A DNA stretch of 64,000 nt from Dicyema japonicum (taxonomy: Eukaryota; Animalia; Dicyemida): positions 1 through 64,000 of the forward strand of contig RDEW01000010.1 of assembly GCA_011109175.1 (NCBI GenBank), written 5' to 3'. Positions within the stretch are counted from its first letter, which is position 1. Every line of letters begins with the position of its first letter. Shown piece by piece: positions 23,380-36,461 of this stretch. The notes under the pieces were generated by a model. It saw only the letters and a program-made list of their open reading frames with translations, was not told the origin of the DNA and ran no database searches. The position numbers and the translations under genes were made by a program.

Positions 23380-26040
23380 TATTTATTATTATTTAATCAC
23401 TTCACGAGAGCCCCGCATGTGCAGAAAAAGAAACAAGGTTAGATGTCATCCTCTTCCATCCTCCCCCGTTCCTAGCCAAGGCTCTCATGTTGTCCAGGTC
23501 GTCGGCATTTATTAGATTTTTTTGATATTGACCAGGTCTTTTTGTAAGACTATTGGCAGTGTTGTTTTTGGTCTTCCACGATAGCGGCCTTCTTGACTAA
23601 CATAGTATGTTTCCATAGATATGTTAGGTGGGGATGTTAATTCCATCCTCAGCTCGTGTCCGAAGAGCTTCCATCTGGATTCCAGTACTTTTAAGCTGAT
23701 AGGTCTAGTGCTGCATCTCTTACATAAAGCATTTCTCGATATTCTCGTAGGCCAAGTAGTTCCTGTTATTTTTCTCAGCTGACCTCTGTGGAACGAGTCT
23801 AGTTTTTTCATATCCGCTGATGAGGTCGCCCAAGTTCCAGCGTTATATGAAAGTACGGGTTTTATGAATGAGTCGTATAATAGGATTCTCATTTTCGTGT
23901 CGATGTTTTTTTTGATTGAGCCATAGATTCTTCAGTTTATATAATGCAGCATTGGCTAGAGTTTTCCTACGTAAAATATCTTCGCTATCTCCCAAAAGTG
24001 AACCGTGTTTCTTTACTTGTCGCCACTTCTCTTCTAGAACGTTACTCATCATTCTTATCTCTGTGAGTTCTGTTTTCTCTCTGTTAACAGTAAGAAACCA
24101 TTTCCCTAGTACATCTCGTGATTTTTCTAATAGGTTTTCCAGGACCTCTTTGTCTTCAGAAATTAGGTCTACATCGTCCGCGTAGATTACTTCCTCCGTC
24201 TTTCCTTGGTATAACTGTCTAAGTTCCCTCATAGCGGTTTCCAAATAAATTGTGAATAGTAGAAGAGAAAGAGAGTCTCCTTGCGGAGTGCCCGTGTTTG
24301 TTTCAAATTTTCTTGAATAGGTCTTTCCGACTCTCACAATGAGTTCAGTGTTAGAAAGTAGAATTCGGGTCATCCTTAGACTCGACTCATCAAGAAATCC
24401 GCTCAGTACCCCCATTAATTTGTTCCTGTTAACCGTATCAAAAGCTCTTGATAGGTCAATTCTTAGAATATTGGTGGCGTTACGGTATCTTTGATATGTT
24501 GCACACCTCCATCTGTGACTTCAGACCGCATCAGCTGTGGATCTCCCTTCTCGAAAACCACTTTGACTATCTGGTAGGTAAGCAGATCCTTTTATTCGTT
24601 CAAGCACAATGTTTGCCAAGACTTTGCGTAATGAATTTAGTAGTATGATGGGTCGCAAATTTTCGAGCGGTCCTCTGGTTTTGTTGATTTTTTGTATGGG
24701 GATTAGTAGTCCCGTACACAGAGGTAGAGTGCAATTTGTAGAAAACATTCCATTTAGTAGTATTGCAATTTTGTCATACAGGCAGTGGGGTCCGTATTTT
24801 AGTAGTTCGAAATCAATTTTGTCAGGTCCAGGACTTTTGTTATTCTTTTCTCGTACTGATTTTCTCATGTTTATTTCTTTTAGACTTTTCGCAATCTTAG
24901 GAACATCTGAATGAATAGCCTTCAGGTGTGTTTTACTATTTTCCCTTTTGCCAAGACATGCCTTAGCAGCTTCGTTGATGGTATCCTTTGTGCGTTTCCA
25001 AGCGTCTTCTAACGAGGTATCCGCCAATACGTCCTGCATATATGTCTGAATGTATTGTTGATATTTCTCAGTAGTCTCCAATTGGGAAATCATCCTTTCA
25101 GTCGCGTAGTCACTTCTGATTTTCTCAAATTCGTGATTTTTGGCATTCTTGTATTTGATGGCATGTTTTTTCATGGTGAAGGTCGCAATAACCATCTTGT
25201 AGTCACTGACAGTCGTCGAGCCTTCATATGAACGTGCATTTACTAGAAGGTGTTTGTCTTTATCCCGCATATGACATATTCTATTTGGTTGTATATTGGG
25301 ACCAGCTTTCTTTCTGAGTTCCTTCGCTTTCCCATCCACGTAGTTTTTTGGCAGGCATGATGCGTAAATGCAGTATTACATAGGAAAAGGTTGTTTGCCA
25401 TACAAAAGTGACCAAATATTGTCCCGGGTAGGTTTCTTATTCCACGTCCATGTTCTCCCAAGAAAACATCATCCGGGTTATTCTTCATCCCGATTTTCGC
25501 ATTCAAATCCCCAGCAATAAGTATTAGTGATGACGACTCATATTCGTTGTACGCCCGTAGCAGTGCTGAGTAGAAGTCGTCTAGTTCTGTCGGATCTTAC
25601 GCTATTCTCCCGCAGTGTGACGCATAAAGATTTATTATTGTCAGAAAGATCTTTGAAGGAGGTAAGTCGTTTAGACAGATTTGTATAACACAGATCGTGT
25701 CATTCACACTCCATATACGGTGGACTGCACTTGTTAAATTTGATTGGATGGCAAATCCAAGTCCATAATATTTTGAGTCGCTCGGTAGACATATTATTCG
25801 ATATTCGTCATAGTTCTCATCAAGGCTACAAGTAACTTTCTTCTCTGTAGGCACCCAATAGATACGTCGTATCTCTCCAGGTCGTCAAAGAGAATCTTCC
25901 TCGACCAGGTCATAGATAAGCCTCTAGCATTGAACTTAAGGAGCTTTAGACGAGATGCATCCCTTTGTACCCCTTGCTTTTTAGACATTTTTCTCAACTG
26001 TGATCCAATTAAAAAACGAGGCACGTCACCACCTCGCTAA
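23380..26040 (-). mobile_element. Near full-length, frameshifted RTE LINE (APE + RT)
   Basis: FNARGL, AGDLNAKIG, KSPGPD, LRPIILL, QSGFREGRST, GTPQGDSLS, YADD and GRPKTTLP; TAA tail near 23380. Confidence 0.92.
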
Positions 26041-26164
26041 TTTAATCTGATTAAATAATATCAAATAAAATTTCAAAAATAATTTAAACAATTAAATTAT
26101 TTAACGTTAAATCTTTTATTGGTTAGCCACAATTGTAATAAATTATTTTAGAGATTCAAGTAGA

Positions 26165-27310
26165 ATGATCACAGGCATCTCATGTGATGATGACTTATCG
26201 ACCTGTGAAGTGGATAATACAAGCAATTCACAGGAATTAGATTTCATGGATATCTCAGACCTAAGCAAAGATGAACTTAGAGAGCGACTAATGAGCTCAG
26301 AGGTATCCTATTATTAATTCCTTAGGAGAAGGAACGAGTAGAAAAACTATGGAAATACGTAGAGTCACGAAAAAGAAGTAGAAGCTCTGAAAGGTTAATC
26401 GAATGTATAATTTGATTAGTAAAGTATTGGAATACTTAAAACTAATAATAAGCATGCTTTACGCCCTTGCTGTGGTCTCTGTTGCCTCCTATGTGACTGT
26501 GGTGGTAAATGACACAAGACCAAACACTGATGAATATCCACCCCTTCCAGACATTATTCTTGACAATTTAGCCTACATGGAGTTTGCATTTTACTATGCA
26601 GAGTTTTGTGGTATTTTACTGACTCTGATTTGGGTGATGGTGTTATTATTCCACAAACACAGGTATTATCATTAAGGAATTAAAGGGTTGTCCTCCTTCG
26701 TCGTTATTTTACAATTCTGGGGACAATAATATTTTTACGGACAATTACAACAAGAATAACCTCCCTTTCTGTGCCTAATAAGCATTGGCCTTGTACTAAT
26801 GTATGATTTATTATAGAATGTAGTTCACAAGTGATCTCTTTATTGACAGATTGGCCAAATCATTTGAAATACTAACAAGAATGTCAATGCTAACTAATGG
26901 AATAAGAACATGCGGTGATTACATGTTTAGTGGTCATACAGCACTGATTACCCTGGTTAACTATATGATTGTTGAATGTATATTTATATGTTTGTTTAGA
27001 TACTCCTGAGGATATTTACTTTCTGAGGGCTATTTCTTGGTTTTTAAACTTTTTGGGAATGTTCTTTATTTTGGCTTCACATGAACATTATTCCATTGAC
27101 GTCTTTATTGCTTTCTTTGTGGCTTCAAGGATTGCTTCCTACTATCATGCACTGGCCAACTGCAGAGTCAACCAGATCAGGCATATGAGGAGGTTCTCAT
27201 TAGAATTTCCACTTTTGTTCTTTTTCGAACATAATGCTGACTCGAGAATTATAAATGAATATGAAATTCCCTTTCGTGGACTTTTTAATTGTTTCCTTAG
27301 TTACTCTTGA
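26165..27310 (+). CDS. SAMD8: Sphingomyelin-synthase-related protein (SMSr / ceramide phosphoethanolamine synthase type), no SAM domain; 5 micro-introns
   Basis: YPPLPDIILDNL, LLFHKHR|VVLLRR, ITSLSVP, CGDYMFSGHT and LASHEHYSIDVFIAF..YYHALAN; introns of 23, 26, 23, 23 and 22 nt give a continuous frame. Confidence 0.88.
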
Positions 27311-27829
27311 TTTATTTTTACATACAACTATTATTTAAAAGTATTAAAATGTATTGTAAAAATATATAACCAGATTTGTTTAATTTAGATTTTTTTAAGA
27401 ATTGACATATTTACTAAGGATGTCCTACTTAGCATACACATCTTAATGCTTTCCACTCTACGTGCTCACGTCATTGATATATATGCACTTAGGGAATAAA
27501 CCCCCTAAACATTTATTAGACCCCAAGAACACAATCCAAACTAACTATGTGATCACAGGATATTCCATCAAACTATCCTTTTGTGAGGATTTGTAGAGGT
27601 ATTTTACCTCTTACGGAACTCTGCGTCCTCTGTCGCTAACTGATTAAATCTATATGATTGTTTGCACAAAAATCAGAGAAAACAAATTCAGCTTTTTCCA
27701 TTGCTTAATAAAGGCGGGAAGAAATCCCAAGGCAACAGATTATTTACATAACCCAAGAAACACTGATAAATAAGTTAATAGTAACCGAAGTAATTTGGTG
27801 ATCCTGGTTCCCCTCGTCGTCCATGTTTT

Positions 27830-29120
27830 TCTATCATGTGCTCATCGAGGGCCCCTTCCCTTTTGTCTACACTGGAAGTCGATGGGGAACGGATGTCTAA
27901 AGAAGGACCGTTCATTTTCAGATCTTAATACGGATAAACATAATTGATTCGCTGATTCTTGACAGAACTGGAGAAATTGCAACGATTTCTTCGTATTAAC
28001 GACTCCGACTGTGGAGTGACAAGGGTAGGATCTGTTTGACTGTGTAAAAGGCATAGAGCCTTTTCGTGTCAAGAAACGACGCTGAGTGTGCATAGTTAAT
28101 TAAACATAGGCATATTCTATAGTGGGAACAATGGTTTGACTCTATAATATGCATGTGCAATCTTTTACTGGGCACGTGCTCTTTACAACAATTGCCTCGA
28201 GGACATTTAACTTCTGGAGTCGTTTAGTTAGGATTTGGTCATCAGTGAGTCATAGGTCATCCCAAGGATTTTCTGGTTCTTTGAAACTGCTATAGGTATC
28301 TTTGAACCCAGGGAACATCCTTGTAACCGCGATTCGACGTGAATAGAGGTAGTTTTTGATGATGACACAGACAGTTTACTACGTGAAAACTAATTCATAC
28401 GTTTGATGTATGCCTAAACTACCGCGGTCACCATGAAGAATAACTATTCCTTGAGGAAATGATGATATCATCTACATCGTAAATCTGTGAGACATTGTGA
28501 AGTAACTTATTGGATAATCCCGGGGAAAGAGGAGAGCTTTGTGGAACTCCACTTGGAAGCAGTCATGATCTCGGCCTGTTGTTCGGAAGCAGTCATGATC
28601 TCAGTACCGAATCAAAGGCCTTCTGTATATGATGGTAACTAACACCGTCCGCATATGGGCCATTAAACCCGTCCATAATAAATTGGGATAAAGTTTCCAA
28701 GTGGATCTGCCAGTTCTGAAATATTGGAAAAATGGCTCCGACAGATCGACTAACTTCTCTAACACCATTGAGTGACGATATTGATTTTTTGGAATTTGCA
28801 GGTTTTAAAATTGGTTTAATTATCGAATTTTTCCATATGTTTGGAACGTTGTATTTGCTCGTCAAAATCAATATTGCCTGAGGCCCCAAGTACTTTATGT
28901 GACGTGCAGACACTCCATCGGAGTCACAGGTACACGAATTCCGTAAGGATATGATTGTCTTCCATACTTGTTTAGGAGTGAAAACTGACATTGGTCTGTA
29001 ATGCTATTGATCCTAAATTACTTTGGATAGTTTTCGTAACTTATCGATGCATAGTGGTTGATAATATTACTAGTAAGTTTTACCGTGTTCTTATTGGTAG
29101 GGAAGACACGCAGTCCTCAT
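27830..29120 (-). mobile_element. Degenerate LINE (RT and 3' region)
   Basis: DGVSARHIKYLG, WKNSIIKPILKP, IQKAFDSV, VPQSSPLSPGL and a YVDD-like remnant. Confidence 0.75.
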
Positions 29121-29199
29121 TTCTAAGCTGTGTTTTGATTCGTTTCAGAATTTTTCAGAAAGAGTTAAATGAACTGGTTGAGGTATCAAATTACACTAT

Positions 29200-30700
29200 G
29201 ATCTCTAATTGGCCAACCCTTAATTCTCAAAATGGCCAATTTATGGCTAAAACTTCACGTCAGGGGTTCAAAAAAGCAAATTTTCATAAGAAATTGGACA
29301 TTCTCAAATTGGCCAACATTATTAAAAAACTTAAAATTTATTTTTACATCTAAAAATTATATTCCTTCAACAAAGACACTCGAATCATTAAAATTTTTTG
29401 AGCTTGATACTAAGCTTGTTGAATGGATGGATTTGATGGAATCTAAGGGTATTTTTAATTCGTTTATGTTAGGTGCTATGTTAAATGATGGACTAATATC
29501 AAATAAAGCACAAATTATTGCCGAAAAGAAATCAATTAGTGATTTCAAGAATTCAAAAGGATTTCTAACAAGATTCAAAAAAAGACATGGTTTTCGAATG
29601 CATAAATTACATGGGGAAATGATAACTGACAAACAACCTGATTTAGAAGGATTTGTAGATCACTTTGAAGAAATTTCTAAACATTATAAAGAAGACGAAA
29701 TTTACAATATGGACGAGACAGGGCTTATAAACTGATTCCTTCCAAGAGCATATGCAAAACACGATTTGGTGGATATAAAAATTTCAAAGTTCGGATTTCA
29801 ATTATGTTATGTACAAATATGAACCCATAAATTAGAGCCAATTATGATTCTAAAGTACCCAGATGTTTCAAAAATTATAATTATTAATGTTCGATAAATT
29901 ATTATCACTAATAGAGCATGGGTGACCAGTTTTATTTTTAATCATTGGTTAATAAAATTGGATAACGAATTGTTCCATCAAAAAAAATTTTGTTATTAAT
30001 GGACAATTGTCCTGCTCATTGTATAAAATCTAATTTTGAGAACATTCAGATATTATTTTTTCCTAAAATTAATACAGCCTTTATACAACCTATATATTGG
30101 AATCATTAAAACATTCAGTGCTCATTTTAATAGACATAAGTTGTTATATCTAACTATTGGAAAACAATAACATTTCAGTTTATGAATCTTATAAAAAGTT
30201 AAATTTGAAAGACATGGTTTTTTTCTTACGGATGACATGAGAAGATGTATCTATTAAAACAGTTGAAAATTGTTTTAATAAATTGTGTAAACAAATATAG
30301 AGGTCATTCCAAATTATTGGGGCAATAATATTACTGAAATTTTTACGAAAACTGGCATTTTGGATTCTCTGGACATATAAATATTCCTTGATATTCAATA
30401 CCATGAAAATGAAAGATGATTAATACGACGAAATGGATTCGAGAATTCCGAAAAAGAAAAATTCAACACTACCCCAAAACACATGAAGACGAAATGATGA
30501 ATTCTGAAAAAAAGACGAAATAATTGATGGAGGTACTAGAACTGAAAACAAAACTGAGATTTCAAATGCACTATGTCTGATTGAACAAAAAATAATATAT
30601 AATTGTAAAAATGATTTCCGCTATTAAAAGATATACTCAAAATAATATTTAAAAAAATAAAAGAAAGCTTGGGTTAAAATATTATTTTTATCAAAATAAT
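29200..30700 (+). mobile_element. Degenerate pogo/Tigger transposase
   Basis: CENP-B-type HTH FKNSKGFLTRFKKRHG, IYNMDETGL, MDNCPAH, TAFIQP. Confidence 0.85.
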
Positions 30701-30714
30701 ATTATTATTTTATT

Positions 30715-30810
30715 TATTTTTTTTTATTAACAAAATTTTTTTTAACAATTAAACAAATGTCAGTTGAGGAAGCCTGCTGCGTGGATTGCGAACGAGTTCC
30801 CTCGGAGTAT
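30715..30810 (-). mobile_element. Extreme 3' end of a CRE retrotransposon with A-rich tail
   Basis: Near-identical reverse complement of 33220-33312; encodes LRGNSFAI(H/Q)AAGFLN*. Confidence 0.75.
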
Positions 30811-30868
30811 AAAAAATATTTTTTTTTCAAATTCCCAAATTGGCCCAAAATAGTTCAGGAACAATTTA

Positions 30869-31450
30869 CAGTAAAACCTCTCGAATCCTGCCGATTTTGG
30901 GACCGGCCAAAAATATGCGGATTATTTAGACAGTCTCCAGAGGTCTAAAAGCTTTAGAAAGATGATTTTTTATCATTGTATTCTTCCTATTTAAATGTTT
31001 AAGACCATTCCGAATTTTAAACTTTTCTAGCCACTCACCATTCCGAATTTTACTTGCTTTTAAATTTTTTTTCCAAAAAGAGCTTTTGCGATTATTAAAG
31101 ATAGAATTGTTCCACTTCATTAAGTAAATCCATTCGATCATTGTTTCATTAATTTTATTGAATTTTTTTGTTTTGGAATTCTCGTTGTGTATAATATCAG
31201 TCCTATTCAAAAGGTCGGAGTTTGATTTATGGTCGTTTATAGCTCTGGAGAAATCGTCTTTTTCAATCTAGAAGGAAAAATCCAGGAAATTTGAGGTACG
31301 GACACTGACGAATTTTCAGACGAATTGAAGTTTTTTGTTGATAAAAATGTTTTCTTTGCCTAACACAACGACGCATCTCATAACAATTTTTAGCGTGTAA
31401 TTCAAATTTATTTAATTTAAATTCAATTAAATAAAAATTTTTCCATACTA
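30869..31450 (-). mobile_element. Internally deleted pogo/Tigger element
   Basis: TA|CAGTAAAACCTC terminus; NGEWLEKFKIRNGL HTH remnant. Confidence 0.65.
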
Positions 31451-31459
31451 AGAACTCCT

Positions 31460-32105
31460 GGAGCATGTACTAGAAAAAACAGTAGATATACTTGAGAAAT
31501 GGTTTTTCACCGTGAACAGGGAAAAAGCAGAACGGACAGAGATAAGACGAATGAACAACTCACTCGAAGAAAAATGGAGACACATAAAGAAACTTGGCTC
31601 TCTACTAGGAGATAGCGAAGACATCATACGGAGAAAAACATTAGCAAATGCGGCATTACACAGGCTAAAAAATCTTTAGCTAAAACGGAATGGACATAAC
31701 ATAAAACAAAGGATTATGTTATACGACACCTTCATCAAACCAATCTTACTATACAACTCTGGGACCTGGGCCACCTCTAAAGAGGAAATGGAGAGGCTAG
31801 ACTCATTTCATAGGAATCATCTAAGAAACATAACTGGAATGTCCTGGCCATCCAAGATCTTACGGAATGGACTGTACAATAAATTTGACTGTATACTATT
31901 AAGCCACGAGATCATTATCCCCTCCGAATATCGCAATGGAAGATTACTACTCCTCCAATGTAAAACGCTTTCGTGGAAGACCGAGAACTATTCTCTCGGT
32001 CGTTCTACAAAACGATCTGAAAGCCGTGAAGAAAACATTGGCATCGGGTGACGATCTGGACTCACTGAGGGACCTAGCAAAGAACAGAAGAGCTTGGAGC
32101 AACCT
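31460..32105 (+). mobile_element. RTE LINE 3' fragment
   Basis: KKLGSLLGDSEDI, LYDTFIKPILLYNSGTW, FRGRPRT, LAKNRRAW. Confidence 0.85.
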
Positions 32106-32109
32106 TACT

Positions 32110-32397
32110 AATTTGAAGTTTATAAAAAAATAACATTTAGTATAAAATAGGATGGTATGGGGATTTATCTAGTCGGATTTGTTCCAAAGTCCTTTTTAAC
32201 TCATACCTCCTAATTTTTATGCATACTTTATCACATATTAGAATCATACTATTGTGGACTCCTGTTCATAGTTTTGTAATATTTTGAATTTTCCTCAATC
32301 GGTTTGATTTTGAATTTAAATCTTTTAGTAGACAAAACAAATAATTATTTACCATCCTATTTTACACTAAATGTTATTTTTTTATAAACTTCAAATT
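32110..32397. repeat. Fold-back/MITE-like element with 48-bp inverted repeats
   Basis: AATTTGAAGTTTATAAAAAAATAACATTTAGTATAAAATAGGATGGTA (32110-32157) versus its reverse complement at 32350-32397, one mismatch. Confidence 0.75.
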
Positions 32398-32454
32398 GTG
32401 AATTTTATAAACAAAGCATCGATAGTCCATGCCTCACATCTGCATGCTCTAAAC

Positions 32455-33416
32455 CAGTGTTTCCCAACCTGGGTTCCGTGAAATATTCTAGGGGTTCCGC
32501 CAAGTTCAAAATTTTTTTATTCTTTTTTTCAAAAGAATAATTTTTCAAAACGAATTAATTTAATTTGCGCGTGTCTAATGATGTCTTGTGACAGTGCATA
32601 GCTTAAAGTTCGATTTTATCGAGAAAGTTGTATTGCCTTTGGTTTTACATAGACTGGGAACATGGATTGCCCTCTACCACTTTGTGTTGTTTGCGGTGAA
32701 AAACTTCTAATAGTTGCTTAGACGTCATTGCACCTTGAACTTTTAAAGAAAAAAAATATTTATGCAGAAATTGGACCAGAATAAAGTTCAACCATCCCGT
32801 TTTACAAAAAAAATTCAAATAAACGAAAAAGCACTGTATGCTAGTTATGCTGTTGCAGAGATTGCCTCTAAAAATATCACTGAAACTGTTAATTTGCCTG
32901 CATGCAAAGAAGTAGAGAAGATAATGTTTGATATTGATTCGTTTTGGCTGATTGTCAAAAAAGAATATTTAATTCTGGCAAAGATAGCTTTAAGAGTTTT
33001 GGTCCAGTTTTCAGCAACTTATCTCTGTGAAAGTGGATTTTCTGCATTAACAAATATAAAGCATAAAAAACGCGCGAACCTACTGTATGTGGGAGAAGAT
33101 CTGCATTTATCCCTGTCAAGGACAAATCAAAATATTACAGAGCTATGAGAGACATCAGCCTCAACCATCTCACTAACTAGCGTTCTATTTTTTTATATTA
33201 GACAAAAGATCGGAATAGCCATACTCCGAGGGAACTCGTTCGCAATCCAGGCAGCAGGCTTCCTCAACTGACATTTGTTTAATTGTAAAAAAAAATTTTG
33301 TTAATAAAAAAAATATTAGTAAAATACTGATAATTGTTAAAAATTATATAAGGGTTCTGTATAAAATGAAAAATATCGATATGGTTCCGTGCTCTCAAAA
33401 AAGCTGGGAACCACTG
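32455..33416 (+). mobile_element. Non-autonomous hAT (Buster/Charlie-type) element
   Basis: Termini CAGTGTTTCCCAAC / GCTGGGAACCACTG; 8-bp TSD CTCTAAAC / CTCTATAC; BED-finger remnant PLCVVCGEKL and dimerization motif FSATYLCESGFSAL. Confidence 0.9.
33190..33312 (+). mobile_element. CRE 3'-end insertion nested in the hAT element
   Basis: RQKIGIAILRGNSFAIQAAGFLN* followed by an A-rich tail. Confidence 0.75.
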
Positions 33417-34596
33417 CTCTATACTATTATATTTAATGTTTTATTTTTAAATACAAAATCAACGTGACTTTTGCATATTTATTATATTCCGGATGTCTGG
33501 TCTTATGAAAATGTCATCTTCAACCAGAAGTGATTCGTAAACTGGTTTTAAACATACGAGATGGGAAATTGCAGCATAAATAAGTTGTCAGGAATGGTAT
33601 TACTTTTTCTTAGATATAAAAAGTTGCTCTTTATAATGCACTAAAATTTAAATAATACGAGTTGGATTATAATTGTGAGATCATCAATTTCAACAACTGT
33701 AGTCAAATGGATTTATAATTGTGAACTGGATTGGGAGTTGGAAAGTAAGGTTTGAACTTAGCACTTGGGTGTTGATCGATCACTCTTAAATTGATATATC
33801 TGGGAAATCATTTCTGAAGTAAAATGTCCAGTCGTCTAAAGAACGCTGAGAATATTAAAGCTGTAAAATCAAAAGCAAAGAAATCTGTGGTTACGTTCCC
33901 ATGAGGGGTCATGACTAGTAAATTTGAAGAGATCAAAGATACCATTGGGGTTTCCAGGTATGAAATAAAAGTTCAGCAAGTATGCAACTTTCGACCTCTG
34001 AGAGTCTGCTTGCCCAAGTCTCTGTGAACTCAAATACTGGCGATATAAAAATTGCGAATATTCCATGCTCGTATGACACATTGGAATCTTTAGACTCGAG
34101 TGAGAGAAGCTTTTTGAATACATATATCTGAAGCCTTCCGAGATTATAGTGAAGAACTTACCATTCTGATTAGATGGATTTCTATAATAATCTCAAGGGA
34201 ATGCCGCCTTCTATAAAAGTGTATCGGTTCTACAGAGGAGACAATTGCCTTATTATTGCGAAAGTGTCAGTTGGATTAATGCTAATTACGTGAATTCTCA
34301 CTTAGTTATGGAGTCGAACAATGCTTTTAACAGACAAGCATTACTCGAATTATGTAAAACCTAATTTAATATTAACATAAATTACTGAATCTTACAGTTA
34401 TTCCACGATATCTTTCAAAAGAACTCTAATACATAAACAACTCCTGAAACCACCTGTCGAGTACAAACGCACCTCTTTAGGATTTTGTCAAATGAGTGAC
34501 GTAAATAATAATAAAAATAAAATAAATTAATTTGAAATAAAAAAATAAAAAATAAAGTTGATATATAATCTTGTTTAGTTAACAAATATTATACAA

Positions 34597-35940
34597 ATGA
34601 AGTTCTCGGATACAAATGAAGAGAAAAAACGGATAAAAGTAAGACAACAAGTGGACATTTTCCAAAAAAAGACAAGTCATCCAATCAGAAATCTTCGTTC
34701 TTTAGTAAATATTTTCGAATCAAAATTTGTGAAAAGTAATAGACAGAGAATTCAACAATCAAACTTAGTTAAAGAGAAGACTAAACTCTTTGACCTAAGA
34801 AACAAACAAAAATCTACACAAAACAAGTCAAACTACTCAAATAAAAAAAATAATTTTTTGAATTGTCAGCCATTTCCACAACGAAATGGGAATTTGTATT
34901 CTCCACCATTACCACCACGAAATGGGAAATTAAATTGTATTTCATTATTTCTACGAATGAAAATCTGAATTATCCACTATTACCACCACGAAATGAGGAA
35001 TTGACTTGCCCACCATTACCACCACGAAATGAGGAATTGACTTGCCCACCATTACCACCACGAAATGAGGAATTGACTTGCCCACCATTACCACCACGAA
35101 ATGAGGAATTGACTGGCCCACCATTACCACCACGAAATGAGGAATTGACTGGCCCACCATTACCACCACGAAATGAAAAACAAATGTCTGAGATATTATC
35201 AAAAGCAGAACATTCGAGAATTAAATTTCAATTAAATACAAGACCTGCTAAATTTTCAAATAATGGTAATTCTATGGAGTCAAACTTAGACTCAAGTGAT
35301 TTCAAAACAAAGCAAGACATACCACCACGTGTTAAATCAACGACAAACACACCCTATGATTTTAGGAGAGATAAATCATCTTATACCGAGTCTATAAAAA
35401 ATTCGACAAAAACTCCTATACATTCACTAGAATCAGAATTGAATTCCAAATTAGCGGAAATGTTTATAAAATCAAAAAATAAGGAATCAGTACATCCAAA
35501 AATAAAAGAAATCCACGTTAAACTGACAGATCGTAAATCAAAGTCTGATTTACCCCCCAAATTAACCAAATCATCGTCAAATAAAGTGGAAAACAGAACA
35601 TTAAGTATTTTATTTATTAATTTTAGATTTTAATCAGGAAATAAAGCAAATTAGCAATTATAATAATCCCAAGTCCGACAGGTCAACAAATAATATGGTA
35701 ATATCCAACAATCTTCAATGTAATGCTCATAAACTTGAAATAGTCTACTTGGAAGATTTTGTAAAATCATATTCATTTTCTGTAATGTCTGCATACTCAA
35801 ATGACAAATCAAACACAATAAAAAAATTGCGTGATCAGACTGAATTTGATAATTCATGTTTGAACTCATTTCACTTTGAACCTTATTTTTCCATACCACC
35901 TCCTCCCAAGTTTACATACGCTTTCATCCTGAATAATTAA
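34597..35940 (+). CDS. Proline-rich protein with tandem PPLPPR motifs and a WIP/verprolin-like C-terminus
   Basis: ORFs 34597 and 34863 join by restoring one A near 34955 (predicted by the repeat period); a 22-nt intron at 35605-35626 joins ORF 35695; C-terminus has LEDFVKSYSF and FHFEPYFSIPPPPKF. Confidence 0.6.
34855..35177 (+). repeat. Coding minisatellite, 36-bp unit, about 9 copies
   Basis: GAATTGACTTGCCCACCATTACCACCACGAAATGAG units; five near-perfect 3' copies and more degenerate 5' copies. Confidence 0.95.
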
Positions 35941-36409
35941 TCATAAATTTATATATTCAGATGATAATTTTAAATATTTTTTTATTACAACGAGTTTGAC
36001 AAATCTTTCCGTGATGCCTCCACTCGACACGCACGAAATATACAATCGCATTGAGCTTACTTTCATCATTGTTGAAATAAGCATACACATTCGTAAATAT
36101 TTACATCCCAGTCACTGTATGAAACACTATTCTCTCAAACTGGGTGAATTACAAACTATTCTACATTTCATAATGTGCGGAGATCCACATGCCAATTATT
36201 CTTTCTGCCTAACTAACCAAAAGGGCAATGATAGGGGGTTTCAAATCCTTACCTTCCTTCGGATTATAATCCTATGCATATTTCGATTGAACTACTCTCG
36301 CCTATTCTTAGACACCGCAATATCATAATAAACTACAAAATTGCAAGCCTACCACACGGCTATATTACGCTCCACAACGCCAAACATGATATGCCATATT
36401 AGCTATACT

Positions 36410-36461
36410 CAGACAGGACACACTTTATTTAAGTAAAGAACAGTTATTATAACTAATCGTA
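36410..36461 (-). repeat. Internal fragment of the tRNA-SINE
   Basis: CAGGACACACTTTATTTAAGTAAAGAACAGTTA..TAACTAATCGTA is shared with the 14888 and 56968 copies. Confidence 0.7.

Noticed and set aside
28555-28602. 18-bp direct repeat as a target-site duplication
   Set aside because: Only 12 bp separate the copies; it is better explained as a local duplication or deletion junction in a decayed LINE.
34855-35177. CRISPR-like 36-bp repeats
   Set aside because: The units are contiguous with no unique spacers and are in frame within a eukaryotic ORF, so this is a coding minisatellite.
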